Program-made: the position numbers and the translations under genes
In this document: positions 30,206 to 38,142 of the stretch, one piece after another
Layout: every line of letters begins with the position of its first letter
How positions within the stretch are numbered: the first letter of the stretch is position 1
Source: Elusimicrobia bacterium GWA2_66_18
Lineage (GTDB): Bacteria > Elusimicrobiota > Elusimicrobia > UBA1565 > UBA9628
Reading direction: 5' to 3'
Length of the DNA stretch: 64,000 bases
NCBI GenBank assembly: GCA_001799675.1
Contig: MGTX01000016.1
Coordinates: forward strand, 9,876 to 73,875
Notes under the pieces: generated by a model
The model's input: the letters and a program-made list of their open reading frames with translations, nothing else
Told to the model about the DNA's origin: nothing
Databases searched by the model: none

Positions 30206-32381
30206 TCTGCATATCCTTCCGCCATCTCCACGACGGCGAGGCGGCTTTAAGAGCGGCCACGCGGTCGCGTCGCGCCTCAGCGGTCCTACCGAGGGACTGC
30301 TGGGCATTGGCGCGCGCGGCCAGTACATCAGCCGCAAGATTCGGCCTATCCGGCTTGAACGTAAGCATGCGGTCGTAGCAGGAGATCGCTTCCAAACCGC
30401 GGCCCGATAAGTTCAGTATGGCTCCCAGGCTCAGCCAAGCCGAGATATTATTCCAATCGTACCTGATCGCCTTTCGGAATGCACCTTCCGCCTCGCTTCT
30501 ACGACCGGCGCTATAGAGAGAGATGCCCCAAATCACTGAGAGCTCAGCCTGCTGACGCAGCCACCCAACATGAACGCCGGACGGCTTGCCGGAACGATCT
30601 TCGTAGTAACCCCAGGGAGGCAGCAGATCCGGCGCATGGAGCCTCATATTGAGCGCGGCCCTTTGACTCAGCGGCGGGGGCCAGGAAAGAAGCAGAATCT
30701 CCATTTCGGCGTTCGTTCGGAGCACGGCAGCTCTGTTCAACTCACGCGTGCCGGCACGACCGGGACGCTGGACATCATTTCCTTCGAGACGGCGCCATTT
30801 TTCGAGTTGTTGACGGGCTTGCTTAACCTGATCCTTGGACAAATGGCACAAGATCGCCACGCGAAGCATTTCGTCCGGCCGCACGATCGCGGCCGGCTCC
30901 GGGAAGATGTCGGACTCCCGGCAATCCGCGCTATTGATTGCGTTGGCGGACGCAAGCAGCAAGGCCGCGCCGCGATTCCCGGGATCGAGCGCGACGCAAC
31001 GCCGCAAGGCCGTCGCCGCGTCGCGCGGGTTGTTTTGAGAAAGCAGATTCCGCCCCTGGTAACCCCATAACCACGACTCCGTCGGATGCAGGCGCAGCTC
31101 GCGCGCGAGAGCATCGGGAGCGGATGCGCGCGCCGGAAAAAGAGCGCAAAGCGCCAGGGCGAGAGAAACGACGACAACGACCGGCCCGCCGAACATGACG
31201 AACCATCTTCTCGGCCACAGAGAGCACGCCCCCGCGGGAGAGAATTTAATCAAGCCCGCCGCGGGAAGAACAGCCAGGACGGGCAAGATCGGAAATAGAT
31301 ATCTTCGCTCGATCGGGATGAGGAAATGCATGCCGCAGTAATAGGCCGCCAAACCCAGCAGAGAGCGCACAACCGGATCGCGCCAGCCGAGAGCCGCTCC
31401 GACGATCGTCGACGCAAACAGAATCGGAGACCACAACAGGACATGATGAATTCTCTTAAGAACGGAATGGAGATACCTCAGGGGATGCGCAAGCACCCAT
31501 ACGACGGCCGCCCGCAACGGCGCATCTTCCGAAGTGGCCCCGATGAGAGATCTCGCGTCCTCCAACACGGGCCCCGAGACCACCCCGGCCGCGCCGGCCA
31601 TGATGTTCGCATCCGCGCGTTTATTCTCCAGGAAAAGGAAATGATCTTGAACCCGGGAATTCAGATAGCCCCAAGGGAAGAGAACGATGAAAGGAATCCC
31701 CATGAGCAGCGCCGCCGTTCGAACCGCCTTCCGCCGCTCTTTGGCGCGAAGCATCTCCCATCCGGCGCACAAAGCCGGGTAAAAGAGGAGCGGGGAGAGC
31801 GTCGCCAGACTTATTCCCATCGACAATCCAAGGGCTTGGGTCGCCGTCCGGTTTTCGGTTTTAGCTCTCCAAGCCGCCGCAAATCCCACAAGGGCGATCG
31901 TCGCTTGGTAGAACCATCGATCCCCGAAAAAACCTTCCCAGGAACCCCCGAAAGAACTCGCAAAGAAACAATAGGCGCCCACGGCAAAGACTCCGCCAAG
32001 CCCTCCGGCCACGAAACGTCCCATGCCCGCGACGAGCGCGACCGTCAGGCCCAAAGCCGCCGCGGGAAACGCCAGTCCGCCTCTGCCTCGGTTTGGATGG
32101 CAGACCAACGCGTTGGATACGCTGTACGCGGGCATGCTCCATGAAAGCCGACGGTGCGGCAACCCATGAAGCAGGGCTTCCCCGGCCTCGACGTTTGCGT
32201 CATGGTCCTCCGCGCAATAAGCATCGCGCGAATAGGACGCCGCCGCATCCTTCAACACCATCGACAAACGAACGATGCCGAATGCAGCCGCGGCGATGAA
32301 TACGACCGCGACCCAACGATGGCCGCTCCTCGAATCGGAAACAGCCTGGATGGGCAGCCTCATGATCGACCCGCCATCCAT
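30189..32381 (-). CDS. Polytopic membrane protein with C-terminal TPR repeats
   Basis: About 12 TM helices in the first 420 aa, then TPR-like repeats. Resembles PMT/ArnT-type membrane enzymes fused to TPR. Confidence 0.55.
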   Translation of the reverse strand: MDGGSIMRLPIQAVSDSRSGHRWVAVVFIAAAAFGIVRLSMVLKDAAASYSRDAYCAEDHDANVEAGEALLHGLPHRRLSWSMPAYSVSNALVCHPNRGRGGLAFPAAALGLTVALVAGMGRFVAGGLGGVFAVGAYCFFASSFGGSWEGFFGDRWFYQATIALVGFAAAWRAKTENRTATQALGLSMGISLATLSPLLFYPALCAGWEMLRAKERRKAVRTAALLMGIPFIVLFPWGYLNSRVQDHFLFLENKRADANIMAGAAGVVSGPVLEDARSLIGATSEDAPLRAAVVWVLAHPLRYLHSVLKRIHHVLLWSPILFASTIVGAALGWRDPVVRSLLGLAAYYCGMHFLIPIERRYLFPILPVLAVLPAAGLIKFSPAGACSLWPRRWFVMFGGPVVVVVSLALALCALFPARASAPDALARELRLHPTESWLWGYQGRNLLSQNNPRDAATALRRCVALDPGNRGAALLLASANAINSADCRESDIFPEPAAIVRPDEMLRVAILCHLSKDQVKQARQQLEKWRRLEGNDVQRPGRAGTRELNRAAVLRTNAEMEILLLSWPPPLSQRAALNMRLHAPDLLPPWGYYEDRSGKPSGVHVGWLRQQAELSVIWGISLYSAGRRSEAEGAFRKAIRYDWNNISAWLSLGAILNLSGRGLEAISCYDRMLTFKPDRPNLAADVLAARANAQQSLGRTAEARRDRVAALKAASPSWRWRKDMQNVVGF

Positions 32382-34147
32382 ATCCTCCGCACGTAAGACT
32401 CCGAACGCCTGATGCCCTTGGCCATCTCCAATCCGGCCGTCAGAATTTTCCGCATCTCGGCGGGTCCAAAGGAGGAGCCCCGCGGCAACCCCAACTCGCC
32501 GCCGATAAAGGCAGTCACTTCCCGAGGGATAGCCGAAAAATCGGCCGCCAAGCCCTTCCCGTCGCGAATCAGAGCGCGGTTAAAATACGCCCAGAGGTTG
32601 TCGGGGGCCGACGCGATCACATGGTCAAGGTCCCGTATGCTCTCGTCATGCCGACCCATCACCCGGTAGACCTCGCCCCTCCATGCGCGCGCCTCGAAAT
32701 CCTTCGGGTCCAACTCGACGGCTAGATCGAGGTCCGCGAGCGCCTCATCGCGCCGCCCGAGTTTCCAAAGCGTCGCCCCGCGCCAGCCGTAGATGAAAGT
32801 CTGCGCCCCGAGCGCAACCGCCTCGTCAAGCATCTCCAGGGCCTTCTTGTACTCCCCCAGCCACAGGAATATCTCGCCGTTCCAGGTCAACACCTCCCGT
32901 CGGACGGTCGCGTCGCCGACCTTCCGGGCCCGCTCGAACTCGCGCAAGGCCTGCTCCTTATCGCCCTTGGCCAGGTAGGCCTCGGCCATGCGGCAGCGGA
33001 CCCACCAATGAGAGGGCGCGTGCCTGAGAATCCGCCGGGAGATCGCGATGGCTCCGTCGAAGTCCAGCATGCCGAGCTTGACTAAAATGCAGGACTGGCT
33101 CATCCATGAGTATCGAGGCGAGCCCGAGTCCTCGATGCTCTCATATTCGGCCATCGCCTCCTCGTCGCAGCCGCTGTCTCCAAGGAGGATGGCCCGATAA
33201 TAGGCGAACCAGCGGGAGAATTTTCCACCCTTGCTCGCGGCGCGGATGCGGCGGAGTTCCTCAGCGATGAAGCGATCCTCGACCACGGCCCGGCGGATCT
33301 CCCGCCACCACGGCCACATGAGCTGTCCGGGAGACTGAAAGCCTCCGAGTTGATCGAGCATCGCCTCGCCCAGACGGAAAGCGGCTCGATATTTCCTCGC
33401 GCACATGAGGGCGGAGAATATCTGGGGCCACTCGAGGACGAGCTTATCGGAGTGACCGGCCCGCGCCAGGCAGCCCAACAGCGCCCGTTCTACGGCGGGC
33501 GCGTAGCGCCCGAGCGCGATGAGCTCAAGAAGCGCCTCGATGCGGGAGTTTTCCGCCCCCTCCGCCCCGGCCCCGAACGCCGGGATGAGCGCCTCCTCCG
33601 CCGCCTTGAGCCGGCCCCTTGCGATCAGCACTTCCGTAAGCAGGATGCGAGCGCCCGGCTGCGGGACGACGCTGAGCACGGCGCGCATCGCCGCCTCGAT
33701 GCGATCTAGATTCTCGCCGTTTTGGATCACCCTCTCCACGAAAACGCGCCGGTACATATTAAATTCCATGAGTGCGTACAGACTCTTGCCCGCGTCCTCG
33801 CTGAAACCGCCGCGCAGTATAATGTCGCAGAGGAGATTGAGTTTACCTTCCGCCTGCGCCACCGTTTCCTTCAACACCTCGTAAGCCTCCGCCGAGCGGC
33901 CCGTCTTCTCTAGAAACCGGGAGAGTTCCACTCGCGGCAGCGGCGATGCGGGCTTAACGTCCAGGGCCTTACGGAAAACATTCTCGGCCTGCTCCAAACG
34001 CCCCCGGTTCTCCGCGATGCGCCCCAGCCAGATGAATACCTCCAAGACCGAGGTTCCGGCGGCCGCGGAGCGCCGCAAGGCCAGCGCTGCCTCCTTATGG
34101 CGTCCGGCCAGGACCAGAAGCTCGATCTCCGAAGGATCTCCATTCAT
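32360..34147 (-). CDS. TPR-repeat protein
   Basis: More than 10 tandem TPR units. Start at the second Met (ATG 34147), which gives an ATGA overlap with the upstream rSAM gene. Confidence 0.6.
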   Translation of the reverse strand: MNGDPSEIELLVLAGRHKEAALALRRSAAAGTSVLEVFIWLGRIAENRGRLEQAENVFRKALDVKPASPLPRVELSRFLEKTGRSAEAYEVLKETVAQAEGKLNLLCDIILRGGFSEDAGKSLYALMEFNMYRRVFVERVIQNGENLDRIEAAMRAVLSVVPQPGARILLTEVLIARGRLKAAEEALIPAFGAGAEGAENSRIEALLELIALGRYAPAVERALLGCLARAGHSDKLVLEWPQIFSALMCARKYRAAFRLGEAMLDQLGGFQSPGQLMWPWWREIRRAVVEDRFIAEELRRIRAASKGGKFSRWFAYYRAILLGDSGCDEEAMAEYESIEDSGSPRYSWMSQSCILVKLGMLDFDGAIAISRRILRHAPSHWWVRCRMAEAYLAKGDKEQALREFERARKVGDATVRREVLTWNGEIFLWLGEYKKALEMLDEAVALGAQTFIYGWRGATLWKLGRRDEALADLDLAVELDPKDFEARAWRGEVYRVMGRHDESIRDLDHVIASAPDNLWAYFNRALIRDGKGLAADFSAIPREVTAFIGGELGLPRGSSFGPAEMRKILTAGLEMAKGIRRSESYVRRIWMAGRS

Positions 34148-35208
34148 AATGGCGATAATTCCTCGAGCCCATAGAGATCCGCGTAAGTTTTCCACACCCC
34201 CTCGCAACGGTTACGGAAACGGCAACGAGCGCATTGCGGCGCGGCCGTCTTGAGGACGTTCTTCTTGACCTCCTGCCAGACGAATCGGTCCTGCATCGGC
34301 CCCTTCTTGGTGGCCATGCTCACATCGTTGGCTGGATCGAAGAGAGCTTCGTCGAGGTATTTCGCCGCCAGGAAGTCGCCCAGGCGGCCCGAGACGCCGG
34401 CCAACGTCAAAGCGCATCGCGGTACGCCGCCGAAGGACAGATGCCGGCCAAGCCTCTTCTCATTGAGCAGCATGATCCGAACGATCTCCGGCATGGCCTC
34501 CTTGAAGGAGGGAGTCCATGCCCGTTCGTTGCGAACGGCGCCTTGGGGCCAGATGTAATTAAAACGAATGTCGTCCAAGCCCAAGTCTCCAAAGAAGGCG
34601 ATGTATTTCTCCATCTCCCTCATAGTCGGGCGGCACAGGACCGGATTGAGCGAGATATTGTCCCTCAGACGCCCGTCACGCCTCAGGGCGAGAAGGTTTT
34701 TGACCGCCATGACCTTGCGGGAAAGATTGCCTGGAACACCCGTGATGAGCCCGTCCTCGACCTCGGGGCGGTGACTGTGGATGGAAAGGGTCGCGCGGGT
34801 GAGGCCGGCCTCGACGAGCCTGCGGCAGAAATCGGCGTCCGAGAGGCGCGTTGCGTTCGTGCAGATGGCGATGCGCTCGTAGCCGATGCCGCGAGCGCAA
34901 GCGATGCTTTCGATAATGTGCGGGTAAACGGTCGGTTCCCCCCCTAAAAAACCGGCGGCGCGGCAGCCCTTCTCGTAAAAGTGGCGGAGCTCCTCGCGAA
35001 CCCTCTCCGGGCTCGCCCAATCCTCCTGCTGATCGCGGTTGGCGCCGCTCATGCAGAATACGCAGAGGTTGTTGCAACGAGTGCCCAGGTGGACCTCGAT
35101 CCTTCGCAACTCGCCGAAAACCGCCGCCCGATTCGCTTTGTCGGAAGGAATCACCGCTCGGTCCCCTCCGGATGGATCAAAAGGGCGACGTCGGAGACGG
35201 ACTTCCAA
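34144..35208 (-). CDS. Radical SAM enzyme with SPASM/twitch-like C-terminus (rSAM-2)
   Basis: LGTRCNNLCVFC (CX3CX2C), FLGGEPT, C-terminal CARCRFRNRCEG; 354 aa. Confidence 0.8.
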   Translation of the reverse strand: MEVRLRRRPFDPSGGDRAVIPSDKANRAAVFGELRRIEVHLGTRCNNLCVFCMSGANRDQQEDWASPERVREELRHFYEKGCRAAGFLGGEPTVYPHIIESIACARGIGYERIAICTNATRLSDADFCRRLVEAGLTRATLSIHSHRPEVEDGLITGVPGNLSRKVMAVKNLLALRRDGRLRDNISLNPVLCRPTMREMEKYIAFFGDLGLDDIRFNYIWPQGAVRNERAWTPSFKEAMPEIVRIMLLNEKRLGRHLSFGGVPRCALTLAGVSGRLGDFLAAKYLDEALFDPANDVSMATKKGPMQDRFVWQEVKKNVLKTAAPQCARCRFRNRCEGVWKTYADLYGLEELSPL

Positions 35209-36848
35209 TGGATGCGCCGCAAGGCCTTCATCCAGCTTCCGGCCGGCAATGTACGCACCTCGTTGGCATAGGGAAACTTGGACTTGGGAACCTTGGTCAT
35301 GTCAAAGAAAAGGCTGATGCTCCGATCAGCGTCAAGCTTCGCGACGGACCGCAAGCATTCCTCGATCGAACTCTTGTTGAGAAAAACAACGACCGGCTCA
35401 TCCTTGCGCAGCAGAGCGTCGCGCAGCCGTTCGACGTCAGCGGCCACGAAAAAAATAAACCGAAACGATTTCGTCTTTGGCTCAAGCATCCAGTCGTAGC
35501 CGCTCAAAGACAGCAAGGTCGTCAGGGCCGAAGCGCCGGCCAGCGGCGTGATCTCGACCCCTCGGGACCGAACCTCGCGCACCAGCCAACCGCCGGGATC
35601 GGAAAAGCATGGGGCGCCGCCGGAAGAGATAACCCCCGCATCTTCTCGACGCAGGACTTCGAAAACCCGTTTTAAGAAGCCCTCATCGCGACGGATCGGG
35701 ATCGTCAGGAACTCTTTGTCGGAGCAATCGAGGCGCAATATCTCGCTCATCTGAGAACAAGCCTCGTCCGCGTCTTCCGCGAAAAAGACGCGAAGGCGGC
35801 GCGCCGCGCGCAGGGTATTGAGCGTCACGTCGCCTCGATCTCCTATGTGCCACGGAATCAGAACCAGCGCGCGTGCTTTTGTCGGAAGCTTGGCGCCCGA
35901 CGAGGCTTGGCTGGTCGGCGGCATAAATTCCCTCCATCCTCTTCTTTCGACATAACCTCTAAAGACGCCCTCGCAGCCGTCCGACCAGGGGCAGACGCGG
36001 CAAGGTTCGCCCTTCATTTTCTCACGACGCACATCGCAATAAATATTCCTCTCAGAACCTTCATTGGAGGCCTGGAAAACGTCCTTATTCAAGCGCGGGC
36101 AGACCGCCCGTGCATGCCGCGGCAGGACGCAGGGGGGCACGTCGATCACGGAATGGTTGATTCCCCGCGTCCGGCCGCGGTCGAGTCCCTTCGAAAGAGG
36201 ATCGGCTATGTCGGCAAAATGAGGAACGATCAGATCGAAGGCGTCCGACATGTAGCCTTGTATCCTGGGGAAATAAAGATTGTGCCGCTGCACTCCTTGG
36301 TCGGCGACGAAATCCATGATGTGGTCAAGGCGCGCGGCCGTTAACGGAGTCATGACCGTATTGATGGAAAACTGACAGGCGGCCTTCTTCTCCTCCATGA
36401 GGCGGAGGACGTTCGCTATGGCGGCGACCTTATTCTTGAAGCTGGCGGGATTACGCGTAATGGCCGCTTCCGCCTCGCTCGAATCGCTATGCAGCGAGAT
36501 CGTCAGTTTATTGATGCCGCTGTCAAGAAACAGGGCCGCCTTCCCATCATTCGCGAAGACCTGCCCATTGGTAACGAGATGAATCATGTGAAAACCCAGG
36601 CCGCGGGCATGCTGGAATATCTTGACGGCATCGGCACGCAGCGTGAATTCCTTGGAACTGATTTCCAAACCGTCGTACCCTTGATGCCGAGACTCGTCAA
36701 GTTTCCGCATGATCTGCCGGGTGGTCAAGACGGGGAGATCTCCCAGAACGTCGCCGCAGAATATGCACTGATTACAACAACGGTTGGAGAGGGAGAGATC
36801 TAGGACCTTCACTGCTGCAATGACTGCGAAGGAAGGGATCTGCTTCAT
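35151..36848 (-). CDS. Fusion protein: radical SAM/SPASM domain plus tetrapyrrole-methylase-superfamily (RsmI/CobA-like) domain
   Basis: Starts at MKQIPSF (ATG 36848..36846), after discarding 114 low-complexity codons of the track ORF. N-terminal CCNQCIFC and SPASM-like CRVCPWSDGCEG. C-terminal ~230 aa with LIPWHIGDRGDVTLNTLRAARRLRVFFAEDADE...SSGGAPCFSDPG...ITPLAGASAL, matching the TP_methylase fold. Confidence 0.7.
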   Translation of the reverse strand: MKQIPSFAVIAAVKVLDLSLSNRCCNQCIFCGDVLGDLPVLTTRQIMRKLDESRHQGYDGLEISSKEFTLRADAVKIFQHARGLGFHMIHLVTNGQVFANDGKAALFLDSGINKLTISLHSDSSEAEAAITRNPASFKNKVAAIANVLRLMEEKKAACQFSINTVMTPLTAARLDHIMDFVADQGVQRHNLYFPRIQGYMSDAFDLIVPHFADIADPLSKGLDRGRTRGINHSVIDVPPCVLPRHARAVCPRLNKDVFQASNEGSERNIYCDVRREKMKGEPCRVCPWSDGCEGVFRGYVERRGWREFMPPTSQASSGAKLPTKARALVLIPWHIGDRGDVTLNTLRAARRLRVFFAEDADEACSQMSEILRLDCSDKEFLTIPIRRDEGFLKRVFEVLRREDAGVISSGGAPCFSDPGGWLVREVRSRGVEITPLAGASALTTLLSLSGYDWMLEPKTKSFRFIFFVAADVERLRDALLRKDEPVVVFLNKSSIEECLRSVAKLDADRSISLFFDMTKVPKSKFPYANEVRTLPAGSWMKALRRIHWKSVSDVALLIHPEGTER

Positions 36849-36864
36849 CGTGCCGCCGGCTCGT

Positions 36865-38142
36865 CTATTCAATTGAGCCACGCCACCTTCGGCACGCGGA
36901 CAGTTCGCCGGCCATTCGGTCCACGAAAGCCAGGAATCCGTTGAAGCCCAGGAAGGGCCTCTCATAGAGGGCGTGCTGGCGGTAGCTGGGGAATCCGAAC
37001 TCCAGGGTCGCGGCCGCCGTCGACAGGCCATCCTGCTCGTGCCAGGAGGAGACGAAGAGGTCCAGGGACGATTGAAGCAGCCGGGACACTTCCTCCGACT
37101 GAGTGAACGGCTCGTAAAGGACGACGCCGTCCTCGCGCACCCCGCCGTGAGCCCGTCGACCCCGTACGATTGTGCCGGCAACCGAAACACCGAGGTCCTC
37201 GGCGATGTCGAGAAAACCGTCCGCCAGGTAAGGATCGCCCATGAAGGCCATCCGCCGGTGAAGGAAGAGATGAGGCACGATCTTCTGCAGGCGCGGCATC
37301 AGGCGAGACAGCTCTTGGTCGATGAAGTCCTCCGCCTGCGCCGAGCGTCCCGTCGCCTCGGCCACGGCGCGCAGGAATCCGAGCGTCTTAGGGATGCCGA
37401 AGGGAAGTTCGGCCTCGACGAGCCGCGCGCCGGTCGTCTGAGCCAGACGCCGCGCGGCGGCGCGGCCGTACGGTAAAGAGACGATGACCTCGGCCTGCGA
37501 GGCTTTCTTGAGGTCGGCGGCGTTCCTGCCTTCGAGCCAAATCGAGGCCGTCTTCAGTCCCAGAGCCCCCAACAGCCGTCGGATCTCGACGAGGTTGGCG
37601 GCATGGTCGCCCTCGTTGCGATCCATGAAATAGCCGACGACGGCGGCGCAGCCGGAGCGGCGGCTTCCTTGCGCGACTCCCAGCCCGCGGGCAAGGCTGT
37701 TCAACGTCTGCGCGTAGCCGTCAAGCCAGTCTCCGACCAGCGAGTCCGGCGGGATGTCGATGGCCGGCTTCCTGAGGCGCCCGCCGGAGGGGCGGAGCAG
37801 ACGGCCGTAATCGACTCCGGTGATCGAGCACATCGGCAGGGCCGTCACCAGGACGAGACCTGAGTCGTCGATGCCGTCAAGCGTTTTGAGCTGACGCCGG
37901 ATGACGTCGTCGTGCTCCTTGACGACTCCGCGCGAACAAACATTGGTGAAGGCCACGCGGTGACGTCCATTGGAGCGCAAAAGAGTGGAGTTCAAGTCAT
38001 GACGGCCGTGGATAAAATGGGCCTTATAAAGCGTGCAGTCGGGACCGTCGACCAAGACGTACGCGTCTCGAATGGCGTTGACGGCGAGATAAACTCCGAG
38101 AAGGGTAGGGTAATTCATCGGGCGTCCGGAATTGGCGGCCAT
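36865..38142 (-). CDS. Nitrogenase component-1-like protein, NifK/NifN/BchB-like (set A)
   Basis: 425 aa. N-terminal LLGVYLAVNAIRDAYVLVDGPDC block typical of the Oxidored_nitro family. Paralogous to 42368..43651 and 47171..48394. Confidence 0.6.
   Translation of the reverse strand: MAANSGRPMNYPTLLGVYLAVNAIRDAYVLVDGPDCTLYKAHFIHGRHDLNSTLLRSNGRHRVAFTNVCSRGVVKEHDDVIRRQLKTLDGIDDSGLVLVTALPMCSITGVDYGRLLRPSGGRLRKPAIDIPPDSLVGDWLDGYAQTLNSLARGLGVAQGSRRSGCAAVVGYFMDRNEGDHAANLVEIRRLLGALGLKTASIWLEGRNAADLKKASQAEVIVSLPYGRAAARRLAQTTGARLVEAELPFGIPKTLGFLRAVAEATGRSAQAEDFIDQELSRLMPRLQKIVPHLFLHRRMAFMGDPYLADGFLDIAEDLGVSVAGTIVRGRRAHGGVREDGVVLYEPFTQSEEVSRLLQSSLDLFVSSWHEQDGLSTAAATLEFGFPSYRQHALYERPFLGFNGFLAFVDRMAGELSACRRWRGSIE

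Noticed and set aside
35151-37190. 679-aa track ORF taken as the full-length rSAM-TP-methylase fusion
   Set aside because: The first 114 codons are low complexity and would overlap the NifK-like gene (36865..38142). The start is placed at MKQIPSF (36848), 17 nt downstream of that gene's stop.
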